A stretch of 64,000 nucleotides of DNA. Source: Lama glama. Taxonomy: Eukaryota. Below the pieces are notes generated by a model. It saw nothing but the letters and a program-made list of their open reading frames with translations. It did not search any database and was not told where the DNA came from. The translations under genes were made by a program, and so were the position numbers. The stretch is from positions 108,812,001 to 108,876,000 of the forward strand of contig CM052817.1 of NCBI GenBank assembly GCA_028534125.1, in the 5' to 3' direction. Each line of letters starts with the position of its first letter. The first letter of the stretch is position 1. This document shows, one piece after another, positions 51,404-64,000 of this stretch.

Positions 51404-54146
51404 AGAAAATTGAGGGAGGAAAAAAAGAAACAACACATGTGACCAATAACTGAAATGAAAAAAAAAAAAAAAGAAACGCAGCAGGTCAAAACACAAATTT
51501 AAGGAAGGTGTTACTACTTTTTACCTAACAAATATGAAAGACGTTTTTCCAATAAGTAATGCCCAGTGTTTGCTAGGGAGAATGGATGTGGTCACTGTCA
51601 CTAAGATAAAAGTTCATGCATTTTATATCTACAGGGAAATCTTACCTTATGCTTTATAACTTTTTAAATGCCCCTCTGTCTTGACCAGCTATTTTCACCT
51701 CTATAAATTTAGAGTAATAGTCTGAGATATAGACAGATTTATGTCGAAAAATGTTAACAATACATAATGTAAAATATAACTGCCCAAAATTAGGAGAATG
51801 CTTTCATAAATTCAGACACATCTATGGAGTCCGTATGATCTAATAATTTAAAATTACATTGCAGAATCATCATCATAATAATTACTGTTTGCTAATGGTA
51901 GCTAATGCTCACTGTGTGTTTCTTAAATGTCATGCGCTGTGTCCACAAATATTGATGTAATTGTGTATACGTGTAAGAGGCAGACTAGGTAAATAGTAGT
52001 TATGTCTGAGTTGTTTGCTTACAGACAACTTTTTTTTAATCTCTTTTATATATCTTTGTATGTTAAAGATTTTCTATGGTAGATGTTTTTCATTTAATAA
52101 CCACAGAGGAAAAGTCACAAAAGTCAAAGGAACTAGGATGCTTTCCATTTTACACTGTCTGGTTGAGCAATTGGTACAGGAGTGTTAAATCAGTTTCTAG
52201 GCTGTATGTTTTCTACTGTAGCAAAAAAAGATACAAAGGCCAACACTTTCTTATCCACCATTCCTTGCCTTCAAGTTGAATATTATGATTTTAGGAGAAA
52301 AATGTGTATGTACTTGTTATATATGTATCTCAAACACATGGCTTGGCTTTTGGACCATGTCTGGACACTCCAGTAATGGTTTCCTGGCAACAAAGGGATA
52401 GTATTCTGTGAGCAGTTGTTTATTCTTCACGCTGTACTGAGAACAATGCTGGGTGCTGTGACACAAGGTTGGAAGATGAAGGCTCCTAGGAAGAAAGAGA
52501 CATTAATCACGCACCTTCTAAATCATCCTCTCAGAGTTCATAGCTCCCAGAGCCAATGTCCACATTTCTTTGGCCTCCAAAAAAAGATATCAAGCCTCAT
52601 TCTGCCTGTAAAACTGTCTTGCAAAACATTCGAGAAAAAGCAAACCAGGTAACAAACAAGCCAAGAATATAAATGAAAGAACATTGTTCCTGGCTATGAT
52701 TTTTATCCGATTCTGATATACCAAACTGTGTGATAATCAAAAGTCTATGTATCTTAGGCCATTTACAACACTTACTCATAGAGTGAGGAACATCTTTCAT
52801 CCGTTTTCCTTCTGTATCAGTTTTAGGCAAAGACAACTCAACTCTTCCTCCAGAAAAATAAGCTTCTATATAGATCAGCCTGGAGAGACTTGGTCGTCCC
52901 CTCCGAGAGCTTAAATCTGGCCACCGTGTAATAAAAAGAAGCATACGAGTCCTCCCGGTACTGTGTCAACGCTCCTCTGTGTGTGGCGGTTGGACAGTTG
53001 ACTATGACTTTGACTTTGAAAAGACTTTGATCTCTATGCTTCCGGGAGCCCATGATTTGATGATTCGTGACCTTCCTTCTGCCTTACACCTGTTTCCTTC
53101 CCTCTGGCTTGGCTTGGAAGTGCTCACAGAAACAGGGTCTAAAGTGGTCAGCCTTGGCAACAGCATCTTTTAACAAATAATGAAATGATGTTCAAAAACA
53201 AATGATCATTTAACATTTCTTCTACTAATTAACTTATTTTTATATATAAGAGTCCTGTGTGGTTTTAAGTACAGCACAGTCTCATGGGACTATATTCGGT
53301 TGAATAACCTCCCGGCCAGAGCAAAGAGCAGCTCTCTAACACAATTACACAGGACGTAATTGAAGACTCAAGTGCCAAATATTGCATGTAGGAAATTTCA
53401 CATGTACAATTAATATTGTCTTCAGTGACAGCAATATGTTATTTAATTCCACATGAAGCACACTCTTGGGTAATCAGACAGGGATGTCTTAAATGATTTG
53501 TTGGTTAGGATGTTTCTTCACTTGCATTTTAAATATTAATCGTCAGAGTTTATAAAATAAACATGGCACACTGGCGAGGGCAACTCATTTGGTGCAGCCA
53601 CTTCCAAAGTAGAAAAGGGAGGAGGAATTGGGTCATTCAGCATTCTGCCTGGAATTGCATCTCTCACTGCAGACTTAATTAGAGCTGCTGACTCATTTCA
53701 GTCTCTGCTCATTCTTGCTCCAGCACAATGAGTTTTTATTACACAAGCAAACTCATTAACACCTTCTTTAACTTCGCTTTAAATTTATTGATTTAATTAC
53801 ATGAATTTGCAGTGGTAAACATGCAACTCTAAGGCATCTATTTTCATATTTCAATTTCCAAAAGTACACTTTTAGAATGCAGGGAGCTAGTTCCAATAGT
53901 TCTCATGGGAAGTGAGTGAAGTTAGGTACCATTGTTTTAGTTCAAATTATAAGTACTAAAAAAAAAACCCACAGAAAGAGACCTTTTATTAAATATTGGT
54001 AATAATCAAGAAATGAATGGAAATACCTATTCGTATTTTTATATTTGTAACATATGGCACTAAATTAGTATTTATACTGCATTTACTACATACAAGTGTT
54101 CAAAGGTTTATGTGACTAATGTTCTCAAAATGAAGAAAGAGGAGAG

Positions 54147-54652
54147 TGAGATGGGTGATTAGACAAGCGTATGATCCTGGCTGGTTATCAACAAAGGGAA
54201 CAAAGTGTCAGGCTGCTGAAAAACAGGACATTTTCTCTTGTCCCACAGCTGGCTCCTTGGTTCCAAGGACATCACCCTCCAACAGGATGCCTATGTTGCA
54301 CAACTTTCCACTGATCTCAAGGACATACCCCAGCATCTCTTTCTTTGTTCTCCTTCCTGCTGAAGCTTCTGCTTTAGGGCTGAGCTCCGTTGGGGGGAAA
54401 GAGCCCATAAGAGAAGGTGATGGCACCACTGGAATGAAGATAAGGATGGCAGAGCTGTCCAGTAAAAGACCCCAAGGTCCCATCTGGGGCTGGAGCTGTC
54501 TCCACCGGCTCCCTGGCTGGCGGCTCCCCACTCCAGAGCTTTCCCTCTCCCCTTCCCTCTTCTTTTTGAGCAATAGACCAGCCTTTCACTTGTCTCTCTG
54601 CCTCTGCTGAGAATTCCTTCTCAACCGGCAGGCAAGGACCACACTTCCGGCA
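54147..54652 (+). mobile_element. Probable solo ERV LTR
   Basis: ~505-bp GC-richer block with TG...CA ends and a U5-like end 'ctgagaattccttctcaaccggcaggcaaggacc'; degenerate polyA-signal-like 'caataga'; family not recognised. Confidence 0.6.
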
Positions 54653-56043
54653 GGCTTTCTCATTGGGGAATCTCTCTATCTGCTAAAAAAGGATGTGAGA
54701 GGTTTAGACACAAGCAGCCTGTCAGCCAGATTCCCACAGTCAGCGTTGTGCTCCAAGGCCAACACCCGCCCAGGACAGAAAGTATTGAAAGAAGAAGTAA
54801 ACACAATAGAAGGATTTCAATAGCCTCCCTGGCGGCTGTTGGGTCTGAAAGTTTTTGCCTGTCTTTTTTTAATCAATCTGCATTTCCTACTTGGGCACCA
54901 ACTTCCTAATTTCTGTCACCGTGAGTTACTTTTTCCAGTTCTTGGACTTTAGGTAAATGGAATCATATTTATAGAGAGAAGAGAAGTTTTAAAGTCCAAT
55001 TATTAGCATGGCACTATTAACACCTCAAACTTACTGTTATACAAAAACCAACACTTAATCTGGGCCAGATGTCCAGAAATATTTTGTCAAGAATAATCAC
55101 CAATGGGAAGAAAACCTGTTATCCTTCAAACTTTTAAACCGCATCCATATGTTACAGAAACAATTTTATCATCTAAATTCTCCAAGCATTTAGGACCATG
55201 CTGAGCCATAACTACAGGTTTTAAGTAATTTTTAAGTAATCAGTCTCATCCAAATGCTTCTAATTAACAGTCTCACTGTGGATGCATTTATTTGACATCC
55301 ATAAAACAAAATTTTCCATGTTATTCCAAATCACTTTAGACATAAAATGTGACATTTTCTATAGATACATATGCTTGAAAGTTGAGAATGCAATGCTTAA
55401 TAATAAACCTTATCCAAGGATTTCAAAAGGCGTTGGAAAATCTCTACTGTGATAAACACTAGTTTGTTTTTATTAAACATTTCTCTCAGAGGTCTAAAAT
55501 GTTAAGCTACTTAATCTTAGTGCTGTTTAGCAGTCAACTTGATTTTGAGTCTCTGGTTCATGGGTCGTCATTGCCCGTATTTTCTTAATTTCAATTTCCT
55601 GAGAACTTCCCATGGAACTCAATCTGCCAAAGGAAATAAATGTATAGATGGTGCGAAATACTGAGACACATGCTAGTGCATGGGCTTCTGCACCTTGCAG
55701 TGGGATGTGACAGGAAGTCGAACGAGAATGCCCTGTAGTTAAATGCACAGAGGACAATACCGGATCTGATTCTTGGCTGAAGTCTAGAAGCGTGCACGCA
55801 GAAAGACTAGAAGTATGTTCTAACCAGAGGGAACAGCAGGGGGTGGAAAACACATTTATCAAAGAGAAAAAATAATCTCAGTATAAAATTTCAGAAATAG
55901 AGGGAAATGCAGCTGGTGTGCGGGAGGGATGAGTTTGTGAAGGGCTGTGTGCGCTACTGTAAGGAAGGAGGTTGAAGGCTTTGAAGATTTTTTTTTTCAA
56001 ACAAGGCAGTAGAACGATCAGGATAACACTATTAAAGACTGAC

Positions 56044-56640
56044 GTATTTTCTACTGCTGCCATAAGAAACCACTTATAAGCTTAGTGACTTGAATCAGAC
56101 AGATTTACTTACAATTCTTCTGATTAGGGGTCCCACCTGGGTCTCTGTGAGCTAAGAGTCAGCAAGGCTGTGTTCCTTTCTGGAGGCTCTCGGAAGCCTT
56201 TCTCACTTCCTTGCTGATTGGACTTAGTGCCCCTTGGGTGTAAGAATGACATGCTCTTTCCTCGCTGGTTGTAAGCAGAAGGTCATTCCCAGGTTCTAGT
56301 GGTCACCACACTCCTTGTCTTGGGGTCATGTTCCGAGCCAGGAATATCTTTCCTCCATCTTTAAGTCAGCAATGCCCAACCGAGTCCCTCTCACATCTTG
56401 AGTCTCCCCTCCTTCGTCTTTTATCCTGTATCTCTGACCCTCCTGGGAAGGTTTCAGATTTTGAGGATTCATGCAATTGAATCCAACCCACTGGGACATC
56501 CAGGGCAACATCCCCATCTCAGTGGTTCCCTGATTGAGAACCTTAATTCCATCTGCGAACTTAATTCTCTTTCCCATGTAACATAACATATTCCCATGGC
56601 CACAGACATCCTTGAGGAGTCGTTATTCTACAGACCAAAG
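56044..56640 (-). mobile_element. MLT1E-like MaLR LTR
   Basis: 'tttctactgctgccataagaaaccac...gctgtgttcctttctggaggctct...ccttaattccatctgc...ccatgtaacataacatattc'. Confidence 0.85.
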
Positions 56641-57225
56641 ATTCACATTCATACAGCAGGCAAAATCCATTCATCCTTTCCAAGGTTCCCAAAGACTTCC
56701 TCCTCTCATTATTGCATCAACTAAAAGCACCCCCCCGATCTCATCTAATTCTCATCAGCTCAACATCCCCAATCTTATCATCAAAATCATTGAAGTCAGG
56801 TTCCGGGAGACCCTGCTACATACAGTTTATCCCAGTGCACAACTCCTTGCTCTCTGCAGATCCGGGAAACCGGGAAACAATTTGTCAGTTCCCAAAATAC
56901 AATTTTGAGGCAGGCGTAGGAGAACATTTGTATTCATTCCAGTTTAAAGGGGGGAAAATGAAAGGAAAATGGAGTCACCAGGCCTCAAAGCAAACCTAAA
57001 TCTCCTCAGAGAAAACCGAAGTTGCTGTGAACAGACTGTTAGTAGAAACATGGGCAATCCTGGTGGTGCTGGGCTGGACTCAGACGGGAGTGAGGAACGT
57101 CTTACCAGAAACTGGAGGAAAAGGGATCCTTACTATGTAGTGGCAGAAAGCTTAGCAGAACAGTGTCTTGCGGTTATGTAGAAAGAAGAACGTGTAAGTG
57201 ATGAGCTTGGATAATCAGCCAGAAA
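56641..57225. mobile_element. MaLR internal sequence (minus strand to ~57005, plus strand ~57020-57225)
   Basis: 3' internal antisense 'caaaatccattcatcctttccaagg...cccaaaatacaat', then sense 'gaaactggaggaaaagggatccttactatgtagtggcagaaagcttagca'. Confidence 0.7.
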
Positions 57226-60200
57226 GCAAAATTTTGGAGACAGATCCTGGTAAAATGTCAGATGAGACAGAAAAAGGTGTAAGAGAGACACAACATGAGA
57301 AAGACTGGATGGTTCCCTCACTGGTTTTGAAAAGATCGTCCACAGAAACAGCAGGGAATCAATTAAATGGGGGTGATTTGTTCATGACTTTCCTCATCAG
57401 TTTTGTTCCCTTGAGCTCTAAATGGTAAACAGGGCAGAAACCAGAGAGGAGTTTACGATGGGTTTGCCAGCACAACTTCGTGCTGTCACCCATCCAGTGT
57501 TCACTGGCACACAGCTGTGTCCCTGTCCTCATCTCTCTTCCGGTTCAGCTCCAGATCCCTCTGGACCCCACTCTCATGGCTCCCCCTCTCCTCCCCTCTG
57601 ACCTCTCCTCTCGCTGATCACCTGCCCTGTAACTGCCCCGTGGATCTTGCCCACCCAATGCAGCCGATTCCCAGCTCATCAGAGAACAGGCAAAGCCCAT
57701 CAGTCAATGAGTAATCAGAACACATAGAGGTGACTCCTTCGAAAAATCCCCAGTGAGAGTCAAACGCGCAGCCAACTTGAAAATGAGGCTTTCCGCCTCC
57801 TGCTTTGGTGTCACCATTACCCACTGCCCCTGCCTTTTCTGTCTTCCATGCCCAGACTCTGCATCAAGTGTGGGGGTGAGGGAAGGGGAAGGAATTCTCC
57901 TCCTCCTCCAACTTCTCCTCTTCCTTCTTCTTCAGCACTTACAGATGTTGACAAGGCTTCAAAAATAATGTTATAAGTCATGATCAGCATGTTCCAAATA
58001 ACTAAGTAGAGCTATCTGCATACTCCAAGCAGTAGCAGTTGGGGTGGGGTGTCTTTGAGTGTTAAAGACATTGATAGTAAAGCTCATGTTTACCAGAAAT
58101 TCTCTTCTGTTACCGAGGATCAAAAGCACAGGTGTTGAAAACAAACAGAAAGGCCTCTGTAGGCAGATGGCCTATTTGTAGACAATTGATTTTGTTCCCG
58201 CTGCACCAGAGATGCTGTTCCCCACTGCTCAGGGGGACCAAAGACTAAAGTGATGGGGTGAGGACAAAGGAGGGAGAATGGAGGCGGGCTGAGCACGTGC
58301 TCACCCCTCACCATTACATTTTGGGAGAGGCCCAGCCATGGGGTTCAGAGAATACAGATGGTCTCCTTCTTTTGAACTCAAATCACAAAACAGAGAAACT
58401 GGTAGGAGTGAATGAAAATGCTTTCTGTTTCAATTCCCAAGAAGAAGTGTTATTAATAAAATCTTAGGTGGAGAAGAGAATTAAACAAAGAAGCATAAAA
58501 AAAAGTTTAGTGCCATGAATTATGTTGTGGGAAATCTATGACCCACAAATTGTCCAAACATCATCTTATTTATATGTATAACACCTTTAAATAAAGCTCT
58601 TATTTGATGTCCCAGGCATTTGCAGTTTTCTTCATTGAGTAGAAACCTAATTACCTTTCATGAATGATAAAGATTGATAAAATAAAGTTCCAGAAGTAAG
58701 GGCAGAAAACCCATTTCTGGTATTTTCCACTGTATTTTCTGGAAGAAGATCAAGACTTAAGAAAATTTCCAAACCAACAAATTACCCTCTACTTTCTTTA
58801 AGAACAGTTTTAAATGTTGTATAAACAGAAACAACAATTTGTAAATATTATTATTTATGTAAAACTCAAATGATTAAAGGCATTACACGACATCTAGGAT
58901 ATGAAATAGTATGCAGCCATTACAAATAGTTTTCTACAGAGTATCATCGACAAGGAAAATACTTGAGATGTGTGAAATGGGAAAAAATAGATGTACAGAT
59001 GCATGCATTTGGTGAACTTTACGAGGTCCAGATGAACATGTCACATAATGGTTATATTCACTGCAAGGTGTAAATTGTGACTTGTATTCTCCTTCATCTT
59101 GGAATATTCTCTAAATATCTATCACAAACTCATATAAACAGAAAAAAATACATTAAACACCATAAACCAAAAACCTGAAGTGAGCTTCTCATTCTGCAAA
59201 TAACGTGTGGAGGAAGCCATCACCACCTACCTATGAATATGAGGGGGAAAATGTCTACCTTCCTGCCATGGATTATAAGCTTTTTGTCAGAGAAAGTGAG
59301 TGAGCCTTGCATTTAGTAGTTGACTTAATAACATAATAGTAGCCTTTACAATCAGGTGAGAAGGAAGCACATATACTCTTGAAGAGAAGAAATTTAAGAA
59401 CAGTAATTTAATGGTTTGAATACTCAAGTAAGCCAACTGTGCGCACTTCTGTAAACCAGGCAGTAAGTACTTCATCAAAGAGGGTAGTGTTGATTTTCGT
59501 GCTGAAGTGTCATTACCATGACGACAGCTCCTTGGAGGGTGAATTCAGCCCTTCTGCGAAAAGCAGTATTTATGTTTAAACAAGTGCTTCAGTGACACCT
59601 CCATCCTTGCAGATGTGAGCTCCATGATTTGTGCCGGAGAGGAAGGAGACTGCAACGTCTTCAAGTCATCTCAGTCCCGATGACACAGAAATTTGAAGTC
59701 GTCTGAGTGATAATAGATTTTCACGTGTATCTTTCAGATAATTGCCTCAATCTTCTCATTTAATTTGGCTGATGGTTCCCCCACTTCACCCTCTCCTCTC
59801 CCTTTCGGTCTCTGGGCACAAGGAAAGAATTGAGATGCTACAAACTCGACACGGTTGCAGATTTGTAACATGAAGGGCAAACAGAGGAATAAAGCCAAGA
59901 AAATGGCTAGGAGAGGCCCTTGGTTACTACGGATTTACAAGCAACTCCAGAAAAGCTTGTGTCAACATGGACTTTGAAATGACCAAGGAGTGTTCTGAGA
60001 GGCTTTGCCATGAGAGCGAGTAAATACAGAAATTCTCTCGGAAAATCCGAAGCCCAGATGGCGGTGGGTGTGCCCACAAAATACAGCTCCCAGTGCATCC
60101 CCGGGGTGGCACCATGCATGTGTGTTTTCAATGGATCTTCTTTTATTTCTTGCTATTCTTTTCCTGAGCACTAAACAGATTTATGTCCCTGGTGAAATCC

Positions 60201-60295
60201 TTGAACATTTTTTAAATTAAAGGGTCCACTGCAACTTAAACGAGGTCAAACTCTGCTCTTACACAGTATGACCAGCTGGGGAGAGAGTGAACAAC

Positions 60296-60682
60296 TTTTT
60301 TTTTATTATTGAAGTATAGTCGGTTTATAATGCTGTGTTAGTTTCTGATGTCCAGCATATTGATTCAATTACATATATTTATATATTTCTTTTCCATTAT
60401 AGGTTATTACAAGATAGTGAATATAGTTCCCTAAGCAATACAGTAGGATCTTGTTGTTTATCTTTTATACACAGTAGTGTCTGTCTGTAAATCTCAAACT
60501 CCCAGTTTATCCCTCCCTGCCCGCCTCCATAACCATAAGTTTGTTTTCTATGTCTGTGAGTCTGTCTCTGGTAAATAAGTTCATTTGTGTCCCCCCTCCC
60601 CTTTTTCTTTAAGATTCTACATATGAATGATACCATACCATAGATTTTGCTCTCATTCCGACTTACTTCACTTAGAATGTTG
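60296..60682 (-). mobile_element. Young LINE-1 3' UTR fragment
   Basis: Poly-T then 'attgaagtatagtcggtttataatg...acttacttcacttagaatg'; similar to 20056-20460. Confidence 0.94.
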
Positions 60683-60729
60683 ATTTTTTATGCCTCACAG
60701 TCATGTTTCTTCTTTACAAGTAGGTGAGG

Positions 60730-60930
60730 TGGCATTCATGTGGGTTCTGGAGTCCGAAAAACCTGAACTCAGACTCCTGCTCCACCCAGACCCACTGCCT
60801 AATCTTGGGCAAAACACTTAACTTCTCCAAACCTCAGATCCTTCACCTAGAAAACGGGGGAGAGGGTACTAATCCCTCTGCTGGGTAACAGGTTCTCAGC
60901 GATGATCCAAGGAGTTTATGTGAAGCCCCT
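60730..60930 (+). mobile_element. MIR SINE
   Basis: 'tctggagtccgaaaacctg...cttgggcaaaacacttaacttctccaaacctcag...ctagaaaacgggga'. Confidence 0.8.
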
Positions 60931-61601
60931 GGACTAGATGAGAGAGTCGAACGCTGTGGTCCACCCTCCCCTGACCTTCCTCCTTCCTGCTGGTAATCCT
61001 AGGGCCCAGCCTTTCCTGTCATTTATTCCCTTAAAGATTATAGGGAAATAAGTCAGTGGGAGAGGATAGCGGAAAGAAGAGGGAGGGAGACAGGGGGAGA
61101 AAACACTAAAGATGAAATGAAAGCTTCTATTCTGTGCTTTTTCTGATTTTGTTTTTGTTTTCATATTGATTTTAACCTAATTCTGCTTTCTTTTCAACTT
61201 AACATTAAATTTGGGAAAACATTAAATGACACAGGCACACACACACACCCATTCAAAGGAACTCCATGGAGGGGGAAAAAATAAAGCAGGAGAAAAAAGT
61301 AAACAGTGGTGATTTTACATCATTATTGAATTGTTTTCCTCTTTCTTCACCTCCAAGAATAAAAGGACATAATTCGATCCTGGGAGAAAGGAGCGGCCCA
61401 GCCCCCTCAGGACTCTGTGTGGGTTGGTGCTCCGTGTGGTACCCAGGGGCTCTCTGGGCTCTCAGCTGGGTCATGGTAAGAGAACCGGTCCTCTGAGCAT
61501 CACTCATCAGAGAGAACAAGGCCCCTACCTGAGGGGCCAGTGGCCTCTCTAAAGGAAACGCCCACGTTCACCCTCACATCGGCATTCTCTCACAGCAGAG
61601 C

Positions 61602-62153
61602 TGGTACCATACAAAAGTTCACGTGCCTGGCACCCGTGAGGCGAAACAAACTGCAGCATCAGAGTCTGGAGCAGAGAAAGGCTCACTGCAGGGTCAGGCA
61701 AGGAGGATGGTTGGCTCGTGCTCAACGGATGGCTTGCGGGGAAAGGTTTTTATAGGCAAAATCTGGGGTGAGGGCTGCAGGGTATGTGACTTTCTTCTGA
61801 TTGGTTGCTGGGGAGGTAACAGGGCGGTGCTCCCGGAATCTTGTGCTCAGCCTGAAGTTTCCATCCTCCACCTGGGTGGGGACCTTAGTTCCTACAGAAG
61901 AACTCAAAGATACTGTGCAGTATATCCCTTGAGGGGGAACCAGGACTCTGTCCCAAGGCTGCACTATTGTTTTTGACCATCCCTCCCCTGTCCCTGCATT
62001 CCCTCCCTTCCCTGATTAGCATGTGTTTGCTTCTGCCCTTTGGAACTCAGGGAAGGTCTAGGGGGCTGGACGAAGCCTAATTCTTACAAAAGAGAAATGG
62101 GAACCAGAAAGGATTTGTACCAGGGAGCCCCCCACAGGTCCTGTTCTGGTTCA
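61602..62153 (-). mobile_element. Solo ERV1 LTR (MER41-like, artiodactyl type)
   Basis: Minus strand TG...CA; 'gaccttccctgagttccaaagggcag', CCAATCAG (61797-61804) and CCTATAAAA (~61748-61756); subfamily name from memory. Confidence 0.8.
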
Positions 62154-62265
62154 GCCGTTGTTAGATCCCTGAGGAGCCTTAGAAATCTCCCCAGTGTACA
62201 AACAGGCTCAAGTGGGACTTGTCTGAGATCATCCATCCATTTATTCCATCAATAGTCATATCCAC

Positions 62266-62415
62266 GGGGAGGGGGCAAGGGGAGGGGACAGCTCAGTGGT
62301 AGAGTGTGTGCTTAGCATGCACCAAGTCCTGGGTTCAGTCAACTAAAAAAATGCACAAATAAATAAACCTAGTTATCTGCCCCCCAAAATAATTTAAAAA
62401 TAAAAATAAATGAAT
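62266..62415 (+). mobile_element. tRNA-Ala-derived SINE (vic-1 type) inserted in an L2 end
   Basis: 'cagctcagtggtagagtgtgtgcttagcatgcaccaagtcctgggttcag'; imperfect TSD aatagtcatatcca (62251-62264) / aatagaacatatcca (62416-62430). Confidence 0.9.
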
Positions 62416-62424
62416 AATAGAACA

Positions 62425-62830
62425 TATCCATCAAGCACCTAGTAGGCTCTTGTCAGGCACCAAAGACGTTATGATGAGCAAAGCAGTCACAGTCCCTGAT
62501 GTCTTGGCTCTAAAGGTCTAAAGGGAGAAGAAACGTTAACACGGTATTTACAGAAATAACAAGTAACTACAAGCGTCAGCAGGCAGCCTGAAAGAAAACA
62601 AATGAGTCTCTTAGTTTGGATAAAAGGAAAACCTATTACAACATGGAGGAACAGAGAGAGCTTACCTGCGTCGGTAGAAATTTTGCTGACATTTGAGGAG
62701 GGTAAGTAAGGAGAAGAGGAATCACATCAAACAAAGTTTGGGGAACTTGGAGGAACAAGGGTGTGATGACCTTGAGGAAGTGACTCAAGGCCTGTGGCTG
62801 GAGGACATAGGTGTGGTCTGAGAGGCTAGG
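62425..62830 (-). mobile_element. L2 3' fragment
   Basis: 'caagcacctagtagg...gatgagcaaagcagtcacagtccctgatgtc...tctaaagggagaaga' and 'aaggcctgtggctggag'. Confidence 0.7.
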
Positions 62831-63047
62831 GCGTGGGAGAAAAGATATGTGTTTTGAGCAACATATGCCAAAAATTAGGATGAGATCCTAAAATGACTGA
62901 TTTCAAGTTCCCCATGGGCAGAGGACTGGGGGTCAGTAAAAGCCTTGCATCTCTTACTTATGTGAAATGGATAAAATGGGAATTTCCTTCTTGTCTCTGG
63001 ATTTCAAGCAAACCCCAAATCTGAAAACAATGGGCTTAAGGTATCTG

Positions 63048-63532
63048 TGGATTATAAAAAAGTTGTGGTATATTTATACTATGCATCCATAAAACGAATG
63101 AAATCATGACATTCGCAGTAACACGGATGGATCTGGAGGTCATCATACTAAGTGAAGTAAGTCAGACACAGAAAGAAAAATATCATATGATGTCACTTAT
63201 ATGTGGAATCTAGAAGAAGACACAAATGAACTTTCTTACAAAACAGAAATAGACTCACAGACATAGAAAACAATCTTATGGTTACCAAAGGGGAGAAGGG
63301 GGAAGAGGGATAAATTAGGAGTTGGGATTCACAGATACAAATTCCCATAAACAAAATAGATAAACAAGGTCCTACTGTATAGCACAGGGAACTAAATTCA
63401 GTATCTTGTAATAGCCTATTATGAAAAGGAATATATTATACATATATAATTAACTCACTATGCTGTACACCAGAAATTAACACAAAGTTGTAATTTGACT
63501 ATACTTAATAAAAAAATTAAAAATTAAAAAAA
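63048..63532 (+). mobile_element. Young LINE-1 3' fragment
   Basis: 'atggatctggaggtcatcatactaagtgaagtaagtcagacacagaaag' through 'gactatacttaataaaaaaa'. Confidence 0.95.
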
Positions 63533-64000
63533 TCTGTATTTGTGAAAAAATCACTTTCTATGCATGTAACTGTTGTAAGAACATTCACACACAAGAAGAA
63601 ATTGTTAAAATATAGTTGAAAAGTGATAGATTGAATCTCTAAAAGACACACGTGGTGTATAAGTGTGTGCACACACACACACCAGGATATGTTTATTTCT
63701 TTCAACACCTTCCTTAAACATCTCTAAGCACATTTTTTTCCTTAACGTCAGTGAGATTGGGGCATTTAAAAGAAGTTCTAGAGTTATAAGAAGCAGCTAC
63801 ACATTTGATTTCATGTAATGACGTAGTTAAGATATGAGTATTTGGTCATTCTCTTAAGATGAAGTTCTCAATATTTCATTTAAAGAACACAGTTTTCATA
63901 GTCAGGAGAAGTACACATACTCAGAATATGCTCTGGCTGGTCATTTGTGGAGCATTAATGCTGAAAAATGCAGAGCAACTCACTGGTTTATTTTATGAAA

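Noticed and set aside
54146..54610. 154-aa plus-strand ORF
   Set aside because: Non-ATG start, coincides with a probable solo LTR, and shows no gag/pol/env similarity.

Overview
AT-rich mammalian non-coding DNA (intergenic or deep intronic), very probably from a camelid, because it carries four tRNA-Ala-derived SINEs of the vic-1 type and young lineage-specific LINE-1 3' ends. I found no protein-coding exon, RNA gene, CRISPR array or intact transposable element that I can support. The ORF track is explained by L1 ORF2 remnants, antisense readings of repeats, microsatellites and a 500-N scaffold gap. The window is a mosaic of decayed L1, L2, MIR, MaLR/ERV LTRs and DNA-transposon relics, separated by apparently unique stretches that may hold enhancers. 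The most notable observations are a ~110-bp-arm inverted repeat (2574-2881), a CpG-island-like patch inside an ancient L2 fossil (46560-46960), a CTCF motif with an upstream module (36197-36229), an apparently internally primed tailless L1 insertion (42789-43300), a probable short L1 3' transduction (17608-17644) and an internally inverted MaLR element (56044-57225). I see no convincing new biological system. Repeat family names come from my recollection of consensus sequences, not from a database search, and most boundaries are approximate.
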